In this document: positions 25,934 to 34,746 of the stretch, one piece after another
Numbering within the stretch: the stretch's first letter is position 1
How the letters are laid out: every line of letters starts with the position of its first letter
Origin: Candidatus Schekmanbacteria bacterium
Lineage (GTDB): Bacteria > CSSED10-310 > JACPHN01
Direction: 5' to 3'
Assembly: GCA_016188575.1 (NCBI GenBank)
Contig: JACPHN010000268.1
Coordinates: forward strand, 916 to 64,915
DNA: 64,000 bases
The notes under the pieces: generated by a model
Databases searched by the model: none
Told to the model about the DNA's origin: nothing
The model's input: only the letters and a program-made list of their open reading frames with translations
Program-made: the position numbers and the translations under genes

Positions 25934-26656
25934 ATGACGAACACCCGCCTCGACTGCGGAGCCACAATTACCTGGCTCGGTCACTCTACCTTCACGATCG
26001 AGTCGCCCGCCGGCAAGATCCTCATCGTCGACCCGTGGATCCAAGGGAATCCCGCGTGCCCGCCGGCACTGAAGAACCCCGCGCGCGCCGACGTGATGCT
26101 GATCACGCACGGGCATTTCGATCACATTGGCGACGCCGTGGCGCTCGGCAAGGCACTGTCGCCGGCCGTCGTGGGGATCTACGAAACGTGCCACTGGCTC
26201 GAGAGCAAAGGCGTTCAGGGCTGCAGCGCCATGAACAAGGGCGGCGCGCAGACTGTGCAGGGCATCAAGGTCACGATGACGCACGCCATTCACTCGTGTG
26301 GCATCCTCGACGACGGCAAGATCATCTACGGCGGCGAAGCCGCCGGCTACGTCATCGAGCTCGAAAACGGCTATCGCATCTACCATGCGGGAGATACCGC
26401 ACTGTTTTCCGACATGACGATCATCGGCAAGCTGTGGAAGCCCGATCTCGCGCTGTTGCCGATCGGCGATCACTTCACGATGGATCCCGTGCAGGCCGCG
26501 GAAGCCCTCCGCTACCTCGGCGTAAAAACCGTGATCCCGATGCATTTTGGCACGTTTCCGCTGTTGCGCGGAACGCCCGGAGCACTGCGCGACGCGGCCG
26601 CCGACATCGAGGGCCTGCGCGTCATCGATCTGAAACCCGGCGAATCGATCCGGTAG
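25934..26656 (+). CDS. Metallo-beta-lactamase-fold metal-dependent hydrolase (UPF0173-like)
   Basis: 240-aa protein with …MLITHGHFDHIGD… (HxHxDH motif) and a downstream …IPMHFGTFP… His. Confidence 0.8.
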   Translation: MTNTRLDCGATITWLGHSTFTIESPAGKILIVDPWIQGNPACPPALKNPARADVMLITHGHFDHIGDAVALGKALSPAVVGIYETCHWLESKGVQGCSAMNKGGAQTVQGIKVTMTHAIHSCGILDDGKIIYGGEAAGYVIELENGYRIYHAGDTALFSDMTIIGKLWKPDLALLPIGDHFTMDPVQAAEALRYLGVKTVIPMHFGTFPLLRGTPGALRDAAADIEGLRVIDLKPGESIR

Positions 26657-26668
26657 AAGAGATACATA

Positions 26669-26911
26669 ATGGATGCATTGCGACAGTTTCTGAACCAGGA
26701 CGTGGAGGTTTCGGCCAATCGCACCGTATACGCGGGAACGCTCACCGGGATCGGGGAGAGCGAGCTCTACCTGCGCGCTTCCGGCCGGTGGATGGCAATC
26801 CCCCTGTCGGCGGTCAAGAGCATTCGGCCACGGGCGAGCTATACGCAGATGCCGTTTACGGACGACATCTTCGCGGGCCTGGAAGAGGAAGAGAAAGAGC
26901 CGAAGGAGTAG
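26669..26911 (+). CDS. Small hypothetical protein (80 aa), acidic C-terminus
   Basis: ORF with AAGAGA 8 nt upstream of the ATG. Starts 12 nt after the hydrolase stop. No recognisable motif. Low GC relative to flanks. Confidence 0.35.
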   Translation: MDALRQFLNQDVEVSANRTVYAGTLTGIGESELYLRASGRWMAIPLSAVKSIRPRASYTQMPFTDDIFAGLEEEEKEPKE

Positions 26912-26936
26912 CGCCGCCCGGCTGGTCGCGCAGCGC

Positions 26937-28268
26937 CTATTCCGGGGTTACCTGCAGCACCTCGCGGACCTCCGGAATTCCCCGCAGCGCCGCGGTGAAC
27001 CCTTTCGCCAGCCAGCCGGCGCGGGCGATTGCCGCGCCAACACCGGGATCATCGTAAAGCTGGCGCGTCATCATGACATCGCGCCCCGCCGAGAGGCCCT
27101 GGACCCGAGACGCCAGGTTGACCGTCCGCCCGAAGTAATCCAGCGCGTCGTTTGAGGTGACGGCGATGCACGCCCCCCGGTGGGCGCCAACCTTGATCAG
27201 GATTTCGCTACCGTGCTCGCTGTTGCGGTTGAGATCGTCGAAGACCCCGTGCATGGCGAGCAACGCCGCGGCCGCGTCCTCAGACGTCACGAACGTCGCC
27301 ATGATGGCGTCCCCGATGGTCTTGACTACGGCCCCGTGATGGTCCCGGACGATTCGCGTGAGAATGCGGAAGTGCTCGCGCACCAACCCGTACGCCAGGG
27401 AGTCGCCCAACCGCTCGTACAGCGCTGTGGAACCCTTGATATCCGTGAATGCAAACACGAGGTTGCGGATGGCGAAGGATTCGTCCGCGGCGATGAGCTC
27501 GGAGGTGAAAAAGTCACGAAAGCTCTGATTGGACGTCACATCCAGCCCCGTCACCCAGGGCGAATCCGCGACCCGCAGCAACATGACCTCAAGCGGCTCG
27601 CTGCTCGTATTGACGATGCGGAGGTCGAATCGCCCCGGCGCAAGCCGCTCACAACTCTCGCGCCTCATGCAAGTGCCATCGGTAGTGAAGGTCAGCGCGC
27701 GCGTACCGTCCCCAGATTCCCCTTCCACGAGCAGCGGCGAGCCGAAGCCGAGATCCGTGCGCATGAGATGATGCCTGCCCTCGCCGAGCTCCACGGACAG
27801 GACCGTTTCCCCAGGAGCCGCCACGGCGGTGGCGAGCCGTTCGTAGGAGATCCAGTAGCGAATGATCTCCGGGAGCGAGACGTCGGGGTAGCGACGAGCT
27901 TCCTGGCTGACGCGAAACGTGACCTCGACCGCCTCGTCCAGGGTTCCGGTGATATCGATGTTGCAGTGACCGCAGTGGGATTGGGGTTTGAGCAGCGAGA
28001 GCGAATCCACACGTTGGGTCGACCCCGTGCAGCTCGGGCAACGGATGTCCCACTCCATGTCGAAGACGCCGTGGCGGGTAGCGAACAGGAACGCCTCCAG
28101 GGTTTCGTACCTGTCGACGCCCCAGTCCCTGGCAAGGCGAAAGGGCGGTATCTTGACGAGCCCGGGCGGGGCAGCGGTGAGCACATGATCGGTCATCTGG
28201 GCGATCAGCCGGGGTGAAACGCCGAGCCGCTCCAGATCCTGCGTCGCCTTCCTGAGTCGTGTGGTCAA
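26937..28268 (-). CDS. Class-III nucleotidyl (adenylate/guanylate) cyclase with a ~230-aa N-terminal Cys4-containing domain of unknown function
   Basis: The C-terminal domain has all catalytic features: metal Asp residues (…FAFTDIKGSTALYE…, …VVKTIGDAIMATF…) and transition-state Asn/Arg (…GRTVNLASRVQ…). The N-terminal domain contains …RCPSCTGS…(21 aa)…CGHCN…. Start is uncertain: TTG 28268, 6 nt after the upstream stop, or ATG 28196. Confidence 0.75.
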   Translation of the reverse strand: MTTRLRKATQDLERLGVSPRLIAQMTDHVLTAAPPGLVKIPPFRLARDWGVDRYETLEAFLFATRHGVFDMEWDIRCPSCTGSTQRVDSLSLLKPQSHCGHCNIDITGTLDEAVEVTFRVSQEARRYPDVSLPEIIRYWISYERLATAVAAPGETVLSVELGEGRHHLMRTDLGFGSPLLVEGESGDGTRALTFTTDGTCMRRESCERLAPGRFDLRIVNTSSEPLEVMLLRVADSPWVTGLDVTSNQSFRDFFTSELIAADESFAIRNLVFAFTDIKGSTALYERLGDSLAYGLVREHFRILTRIVRDHHGAVVKTIGDAIMATFVTSEDAAAALLAMHGVFDDLNRNSEHGSEILIKVGAHRGACIAVTSNDALDYFGRTVNLASRVQGLSAGRDVMMTRQLYDDPGVGAAIARAGWLAKGFTAALRGIPEVREVLQVTPE

Positions 28269-28274
28269 CGGTCG

Positions 28275-28994
28275 TCAGTCCGCGCCGTAGACGTCTGTCT
28301 CGTGGATAGCGCTCACGATCCGCTGCCAGGCCGACTCGATCATTGTCACCGCGGTGTCCAGGCCGATGTTGGCGGTGTTCAGGACGACGTCGAAGTTCTC
28401 GGGGTCCAGCCACTCCTTCCCGAAGAGCGTCCTGACAAACCGCTTCCGCTCGCCGTCGGACCGTCGAATCGCGTCCTGGGCCGCCGAGCGGGTGTAGCCC
28501 TCCCGATCCATGAGCCGCTGCATCCGATGTTCAAGCGGCGCGATCACGCTGACATCCAAACGCGGTCGCAGCCGCGGCACGAACGCCGCTCCTCGACCGA
28601 GGATCACTACCGATCCCAGCCGCGAAAGCGACTCGACCGTCTCCAGCAGGAAGTGGTAGTAATCCCCGTGTCCAAACACCTTGCCGGCCAGCAGCGATTC
28701 GAGCCAGTTGTGAACCTCGGAACGCGCCTTTTCGTCCATCGCGTCCACGAGCTCTCGCCGCACGTCGCCGCGATTGGCGATCTCGTCGATGAGCTTCACC
28801 CCCATGAGCTGACAGCCCAACCGCTCCGCCACGCCTCTTGCGATATCCGCGCCGCCGCTGCCAAGCATTCGCGATACCGTCACCACCGGCTTGAGGACCG
28901 ATGGCTGATCGAGAGGCTTGTGGTACCGATTCTTCTCCGCAATCCAGCGCGCGATCTGCTGCTCGACGATCTGATTCACGTTCGGGCTCATCAT
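28275..28994 (-). CDS. Cytidylate-kinase-like family P-loop protein (Cytidylate_kin2)
   Basis: ~239-aa protein …VVTVSRMLGSGGADIARGVAERLG…. Starts at the double ATG 28994/28991 with GGAGG 5 nt upstream of the second. Immediately upstream of the cyclase on the same strand. Confidence 0.6.
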   Translation of the reverse strand: MMSPNVNQIVEQQIARWIAEKNRYHKPLDQPSVLKPVVTVSRMLGSGGADIARGVAERLGCQLMGVKLIDEIANRGDVRRELVDAMDEKARSEVHNWLESLLAGKVFGHGDYYHFLLETVESLSRLGSVVILGRGAAFVPRLRPRLDVSVIAPLEHRMQRLMDREGYTRSAAQDAIRRSDGERKRFVRTLFGKEWLDPENFDVVLNTANIGLDTAVTMIESAWQRIVSAIHETDVYGAD

Positions 28995-29159
28995 GGCCTC
29001 CTTTCCGCTGATTCCAGCATTCCCCTCGGAGGCGGGCATGCGTCTTGGCCTGGGATGCCCCGCGTACCCTTGCTATAGGAGCGCCCCGCGGCAGTGTCAA
29101 GGAATGGCAAGACGCCAACGCGCTTGCGTCCCCAGGCATGTCGAGCTACGGTCAGGTTC

Positions 29160-30665
29160 ATGAACGCGGAGTTGCTCATCGTCGGCCGCGCCCGGGAGCA
29201 CGCGTCGCGCTGCGCGATTGCCGATGCTGGGGGTCGCTTCTCGTACACGGAGCTGCTCGCCGCAAGTGAGCGCATCGCCAGTGTCTTGCTCGGCGGCGCT
29301 CCGGACCTGGCGGAGCAGCGGGTGGCCTATCTCGCCCCGCCGGGCTTCGACTGGGTTGCCGCGCAATGGGGCATCTGGCGCGCAGGAGGTGTCGCCGTGC
29401 CACTGGCCACGAGTCATCCGCCGGCCGAGCTCGCCTTTGTCCTCCGCGACTCGGGCGCGCGCGCGACGATCAGTCATCCCACCTATTCCTACCTGCTGCG
29501 GCCACTCGCCGGCGGCCTCGGCATTCGGCACCTGGAGCTCTCCGCGGCCCTGAGCGCCGCGCCGAGGCCGCTGCCGGACCTCCACGGCGATCGACGCGCG
29601 CAGGTTTTCTATACCAGCGGCACCTCGGCCCGACCCAAAGGTGTCGTCCTGACGCACCGCAATATCGCGGCGCAAGTCCAGAGCCTGACCGCCGCCTGGG
29701 AATGGACCGCCGCCGACCGTATCCTCGGGGTGTTGCCGCTGCATCACGTTCACGGCGTGATCAACGTGCTGACGTGCGCCCTGTGGTCCGGTGCTACCTG
29801 CGAGCTGGTCGCGAAGTTCGACGCGGCACCCGTTTGGGATCGCCTCGCATCGGCGGAAATCACGCTGTTCATGGCGGTTCCCACCGTGTACGCCTTGCTG
29901 ATTTCCGCCTGGGAGCAAGCCGACGGGCACACGCGAGCCCGCTGGTCCGCGGGAGCGCGAACCGTTCGACTGATGGTTTCGGGGTCCGCGGCTCTCCCCG
30001 TAGGTGTCCTGCGCAAATGGCGGGAGCTCACCGGTCAGGTGCTCCTGGAGCGATACGGCATGACCGAGATCGGCATGGCGCTCGCAAATCCCCTGCATGG
30101 CCCGCGTACCGCCGGCTCGGTCGGGACGCCACTTCCCGGCGTCGACGTGCGCCTCGTAGGGGATGATGGCGCGGCGGTACCGCCGGGCACTCCCGGCGAG
30201 ATCGAAGTGCGCGGGGAGACCGTGTTCCTGGAGTATCTGGGCAATGCCGCGGCCACCGCCGCCGCCTTTCGCGACAGATGGTTTCGCACGGGCGATGTGG
30301 CCGTCCTCGAGGAGGAGCGCTACCGAATCCTCGGCCGAAAGAGCGTTGACATCATCAAGACCGGTGGCTACAAGGTGTCGGCCCTGGAGATCGAGGAGGT
30401 CCTGCGCGCTCACCCCGAAGTCCGCGACTGCGCGGTCGTCGCGATGCCCGATCCGGTCTGGGGAGAACGCGTGGCCGCGGCCATCGTGGCGGCGCCGGGA
30501 GCGCGGCCGGACGCCGATGAGCTACAGGCCTGGAGCCGTGAGCGGCTCGCCCCCTACAAGGTTCCCTCGCGCCTCACGCTCGTCGACGAGCTACCCCGCA
30601 ATGCCCTCGGCAAGGTCCAGAAGAACCGCGTAGCACGGCTCCTGTCGGGCTCTGGGGACGGCTGA
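29160..30665 (+). CDS. AMP-dependent acyl-CoA synthetase/ligase (malonyl-CoA-synthetase-like)
   Basis: 501-aa protein from MNAELLIVGRA… with …FYTSGTSARPKGVVLTHRN… (AMP-binding P-loop), …YGMTEIG…, …GDVAVLEEERYRILGRKSVDIIKTGGYKV…. Confidence 0.8.
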   Translation: MNAELLIVGRAREHASRCAIADAGGRFSYTELLAASERIASVLLGGAPDLAEQRVAYLAPPGFDWVAAQWGIWRAGGVAVPLATSHPPAELAFVLRDSGARATISHPTYSYLLRPLAGGLGIRHLELSAALSAAPRPLPDLHGDRRAQVFYTSGTSARPKGVVLTHRNIAAQVQSLTAAWEWTAADRILGVLPLHHVHGVINVLTCALWSGATCELVAKFDAAPVWDRLASAEITLFMAVPTVYALLISAWEQADGHTRARWSAGARTVRLMVSGSAALPVGVLRKWRELTGQVLLERYGMTEIGMALANPLHGPRTAGSVGTPLPGVDVRLVGDDGAAVPPGTPGEIEVRGETVFLEYLGNAAATAAAFRDRWFRTGDVAVLEEERYRILGRKSVDIIKTGGYKVSALEIEEVLRAHPEVRDCAVVAMPDPVWGERVAAAIVAAPGARPDADELQAWSRERLAPYKVPSRLTLVDELPRNALGKVQKNRVARLLSGSGDG

Positions 30666-30804
30666 TTGCCGAGCACAACCGGCGCCTGTGTCCTGAATCC
30701 ACCGAGGGCTCGACGTCGATGCGCCTTCCGCGCAGCTTTCAGCCGCACAGGCGGTGGATTGAGATGTGTGGCAGGCCTGGTGCAGAATCAGGGATCAGCA
30801 GACG

Positions 30805-33144
30805 TTACACGCGGCCTTCGAGTTTGGGGCGAGACGCTTGCAGATCCTGTGCGGCCCGCTCCGCCATGCGCAGCAGCACTCTGGATCGCAAGAATTCGAG
30901 AATGTCGCCGGTGATCCGCTCCTGGTCTCCGCGCCGGGCCGCGATCGTGGTGGCCGCGGCGAATCCCGCGGGGACCTCCACCACCGCCACCTGGCCCTCG
31001 ACATCCCAAACACGGGCGACGCCCGACATCTTCCCGGAAACCGCCAGCCGGTCGTCGCCCACAATATTGATGTCGACGACATATTCGCGAATCTCCAGCG
31101 CCAGCAGAACGGCGCAGCCCATCGCCTTGGCGCGAGCCACGAGGCGCGCCGGGTCGAGCTCGGCGATTCCTCCCTCGATCGGCTCTCGCGCGATGAGCTC
31201 GGAAAAACGCTCGGCCACCGCGCCATCGCCCAGCCCATCGGCTTCGAACGGAGCGAAGAATGTCATTTCCGGGGGAAGCGCGGCGCGTTCGGGCGCGACG
31301 CTGAGCCCAAACACCAACCCGGCGTCCCTGGTGCACCCGCGGCGTTCGGCCTGGAGCTCGACATAGCGGTCTCGCCCCGCTCGCAGGAGCGACAGATCCA
31401 GAAGCTCTGCAACATCCGCCGGAAGGCGCAGGCTCACCGCCGCCAACACGCCGGCGTCGTCGTCCGCGAGCAGCGCCGAAGTCGCCGCCACGTGGAGCGG
31501 CGCCGAGCCCCCCTGGCCCGCTGTCGTCCCACTGTCTTCGGAGCCGCGACGGCCGGTATCTGCCAGCGCCAGCCACAGCGCGAGAACCATCGCGCCGACA
31601 ACCACCGCCGCGGCGCTCGTGAGACCTCGCCGGGTGCGCCAAAACGCGCCGGACGGCGCCGCGAGCGCGGAGACGGCTCGGTCCTCCGGCGGCGTGACCG
31701 TAACCGGCGCAGCAACAGGTGCGGCCGCCGGCGCAGCAGCGACCACGGGGCGGCGGCGCTGCGCGAGCCACAAGGCGCGCTGGTGCTGGGAGGGGCGCGC
31801 CAGCATGTCCTGGATCGCCCTGAGGCGATCGGAAACTTCCAGCAGCGAAACCGCGCGCGCGTCAGGATCCTCCGCCAGGAGCTCGTCCAGAAGCGGCTGC
31901 AGGCTCGCGATCAGAAACCCATCGAGCTCGTAGTGCTCCAGGGGCGGGGCTGGGCGATTGGCGCGCTTTTCAAGTCCCGTGGCGCTCGGCTCCAGGAGCG
32001 GGTGCTCACCTGTGATCATCTGCTGCAACAGGATCCCGAAGGCATAGATGTCCGTTGCCGGCGACGGCGGCAGGCCGCGAAACTGTTCGGGAGCCCTGTA
32101 GAGGGGGCTGCCGACCCACTCTTCCGCGGCCGCGTTTTCCTGTCCGTGCATTCGCAGCGTCAGCCCAAAGTCCGCGATCTTGGCCTGCAAATCCTCGGCG
32201 ACAAAGACGTTCCCCGGTTTGAGGTCGCCGTGGACACAACCGTGGCCGTGAAGATAGGCGAGCGCCTCCGCGATCTGGCGCCCGACAGGAAGTGCCTCCT
32301 GCCAGGAAAGCCGCCCGCGATCTTCCAATAGCGCGGCCAGTGTCCGTCCCGAGCTCTGCTCCAGAACCAGGCAAGGGCTGCCGTCTCCGTCGACGAACGC
32401 ATCCAGAGGCGCGATCGCATTCACATGGTGCAGGCCGATCAGTGCTTTCCAGTCATCCGTGATCCGCACCGCCGCGCTCTTGTCTCCCAGCAGGAACCGC
32501 TTCAGGCGCTTGACCGCGACGCGCCGCTCTGCGCGCTCGTCGCGGCAGGAAAAGACGCCCGCCGCCGCGCTTTCACCGAGCTGTTCCAGGACACGATATC
32601 GGCCGCCCAGAAGCGTTCCGGTCGCGCCGGGTAGCCGCGGCGGTCGGACGGGGACCTCCTTCGCTTCGCCTCCCGCCAAAGCCGACGGGATCGGTCCCCC
32701 CTCCGCGTCTCCCCTCGCAGGCGCGCGATGCATACTGTCTTGCTCGCTCGGATGTTGCGGCGCAATGGCGTCACTATCGTCATCCCGGCGAAAGCTGGCA
32801 GCCATGCTCCTGCTGCCATCGGATACAGGGACCGCGGCTTTCGCCGGGATGACGGAATCCTGTGGATCACCCGTCGGGGGCGGGGGAAGCTGGGTTGGAG
32901 GGGCTTCACGTCGCGCTTCCAGCGGCGCGACGGAGGGTGCCGGAGAGGATTCGCCCGCTTCCGCCCCCACCTCAGGCATCTCTGGCTCCGGCTCCTCGCG
33001 CGGCGCCAGCCCCATGATCTTCACGGGGCCTCCGCACCGCGGGCACCGCATACGGGCGGGATCCACCGTGCGGCCACTCCGCAAGCGCAGCCGTTTACCG
33101 CAGCTCTGACACCGAAACCCGGACTCGTCCGTCGCGCTCACCAC
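30805..33144 (-). CDS. Hanks-type Ser/Thr protein kinase with N-terminal zinc ribbon, central TM helix and large C-terminal extracytoplasmic domain
   Basis: 779-aa protein with an N-terminal C-x2-C…C-x2-C (CQSCGKRL…RCPRCGGP). Kinase subdomains VAVKRL, HRD-like HGDLKPGNVFV, DFG, SPLYRAPE. TM helix …AAAVVVGAMVLALWLALA…. GTG start at 33144 with GGAG 7 nt upstream. Confidence 0.85.
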   Translation of the reverse strand: MVSATDESGFRCQSCGKRLRLRSGRTVDPARMRCPRCGGPVKIMGLAPREEPEPEMPEVGAEAGESSPAPSVAPLEARREAPPTQLPPPPTGDPQDSVIPAKAAVPVSDGSRSMAASFRRDDDSDAIAPQHPSEQDSMHRAPARGDAEGGPIPSALAGGEAKEVPVRPPRLPGATGTLLGGRYRVLEQLGESAAAGVFSCRDERAERRVAVKRLKRFLLGDKSAAVRITDDWKALIGLHHVNAIAPLDAFVDGDGSPCLVLEQSSGRTLAALLEDRGRLSWQEALPVGRQIAEALAYLHGHGCVHGDLKPGNVFVAEDLQAKIADFGLTLRMHGQENAAAEEWVGSPLYRAPEQFRGLPPSPATDIYAFGILLQQMITGEHPLLEPSATGLEKRANRPAPPLEHYELDGFLIASLQPLLDELLAEDPDARAVSLLEVSDRLRAIQDMLARPSQHQRALWLAQRRRPVVAAAPAAAPVAAPVTVTPPEDRAVSALAAPSGAFWRTRRGLTSAAAVVVGAMVLALWLALADTGRRGSEDSGTTAGQGGSAPLHVAATSALLADDDAGVLAAVSLRLPADVAELLDLSLLRAGRDRYVELQAERRGCTRDAGLVFGLSVAPERAALPPEMTFFAPFEADGLGDGAVAERFSELIAREPIEGGIAELDPARLVARAKAMGCAVLLALEIREYVVDINIVGDDRLAVSGKMSGVARVWDVEGQVAVVEVPAGFAAATTIAARRGDQERITGDILEFLRSRVLLRMAERAAQDLQASRPKLEGRV

Positions 33145-33198
33145 GCTGTCACTCCGAGGCGCCGTCTTGAGTTGCCGCCGCGCTGTCTGTGACGCGAC

Positions 33199-34077
33199 CT
33201 ACCATCCCATCCTACCGCGTTCCCGCAGCCGGAGCCCAACCTCGTCGACCAGGGCTCGGTAATCCGTGCTGCCGCGCGAATCCGGAGCAAAATCATAGAT
33301 CGATTCTCCTGCGAACTGTGCCCGCGCGATGGCCGTGTTGACGCCGATCCGCGTGTCAAGCAGCGCCGGACCGTAGTGCGCCTCCAGCATGGACTCGACT
33401 TCCCGGTTGAGGCCCTTGGTGCGACTATCGAGCTGGGTGACGAGGATTCCGAGGATTTCCACCGCCGCTCGCAGACGCTCGCGCACGAGTTGGACGGCGT
33501 CGATGAGGTCGGCCACACCCTGAAAGCTGAGCAGCGAATACTCGCAAGGTACGAGCAGATAGTCAGCAGCGACAAGCGCATTCACCGTAAGGTTACCGAG
33601 GCTCGGCGGGCAGTCCAGCACGATGCAGTCGTAGTGTGTCCGCGTCACGTGTAACGCCTGTTGCAAGACGAACTCCTTGCCGATTCGTGCGCTCAGGAGC
33701 TGTTCGCTCTCCGTGAGACTCTTGTCGGGGGCGGTGATGTCCAGGCCACAAACCCGCGTTGGGATCGCTGCGTCGAGCACTTCGCGCTGCCGTTCGGCCA
33801 TCACGGCGGAAAGCTGCTTTGCGGCGCTTCCCCCGCGGATCCCCAGGCTCGAACCGACGTGGCCTTGAGGGTCGAGGTCGACGACCAGGACTCGCCGGGA
33901 GCCGTACCGGGCCAGTCCCGCGCCAAGGTTGACGGCCGTCGTCGTCTTGCCGACTCCGCCCTTGCTGGCGGCAACGGCGATGACGGTCGCGGTCTTCGTG
34001 CCGAGCTGGGGCGCCGGGGCAGCGCCCATCATTTGCTTGAAGCGACTCGCCAGAAACGAGGTGAGATCGACGGCCAT
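33199..34077 (-). CDS. ParA/MinD-family P-loop ATPase (orphan, upstream of the Ser/Thr kinase)
   Basis: …ATVIAVAASKGGVGKTTTAVNLGAGLA… (deviant Walker A KGGxGKT) and …VLVVDLDPQG…. Start chosen at MAVDLTSF (34077); alternative ATG at 34113. Confidence 0.75.
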   Translation of the reverse strand: MAVDLTSFLASRFKQMMGAAPAPQLGTKTATVIAVAASKGGVGKTTTAVNLGAGLARYGSRRVLVVDLDPQGHVGSSLGIRGGSAAKQLSAVMAERQREVLDAAIPTRVCGLDITAPDKSLTESEQLLSARIGKEFVLQQALHVTRTHYDCIVLDCPPSLGNLTVNALVAADYLLVPCEYSLLSFQGVADLIDAVQLVRERLRAAVEILGILVTQLDSRTKGLNREVESMLEAHYGPALLDTRIGVNTAIARAQFAGESIYDFAPDSRGSTDYRALVDEVGLRLRERGRMGW

Positions 34078-34320
34078 GAGGGCTGCTCCTTGTGCCTGTG
34101 CCGTTCCTTGCACATATGCCGCTATTCTGTAGCAGGCGCAGCCCGGGAGTGCAACGCCTCCTGCAGGGGCGCATGCCCCACCGAGTAGTCAGGCGATTCT
34201 TGCCAGTTCGACATCGAGACACTAGGTTAAGATCAGGATCGGTTGTGACCAGCCGCAGCGGCTCTGTCCGTACGACAGAGACGTTGCGGGAGACAGAGCT
34301 CTACGGCGGAAGGAAATGCC

Positions 34321-34668
34321 ATGGCCCAAGTGGGAACACGCGGTGCCACCGCTTTGGACAATCGGCGAAAGTCCGACCGCATGAGTGTCCATCCGGACAC
34401 GGAGGTGGTTCTGTACCTCCACAACAAGGACCCGGCGATGGCCAATGCTGGCCGGTTCCTCGGTCGGCTGCTACGAACGAACTTGCGAGCAACAGACGCG
34501 ATACTGGTGGCTACGGCGAGCGGTGGGCAGGTGTGCACGATCGACCTGCCGGCTACCGATAGCAGCGGTGCTGCCGTTGTCGCGGACAAGCTTGCCGACA
34601 TTGCCACTGAAGCCTCCTGGACCGTCACGTCGTATCGAACACGCCGGAAAGCCGTCCGGCTCCACTGA
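34321..34668 (+). CDS. Small protein (115 aa) with an N-terminal RRxxxR motif; possible PilZ-like c-di-GMP-binding domain
   Basis: …DNRRKSDRMSVHPDTEVVLYL… followed by …DAILVATASGGQV…, a weak match to the PilZ RxxxR / DxSxxG pattern. GGAAGGA 6 nt upstream of the ATG. Divergent from parA. Confidence 0.35.
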   Translation: MAQVGTRGATALDNRRKSDRMSVHPDTEVVLYLHNKDPAMANAGRFLGRLLRTNLRATDAILVATASGGQVCTIDLPATDSSGAAVVADKLADIATEASWTVTSYRTRRKAVRLH

Positions 34669-34746
34669 GCGGTCCGGCCGGCGCCGGGCGATCCGTTGGA
34701 TCGCCCGGTTGCTCGCAAGCATGCCAACCGCCGAAGCGAAACGATT

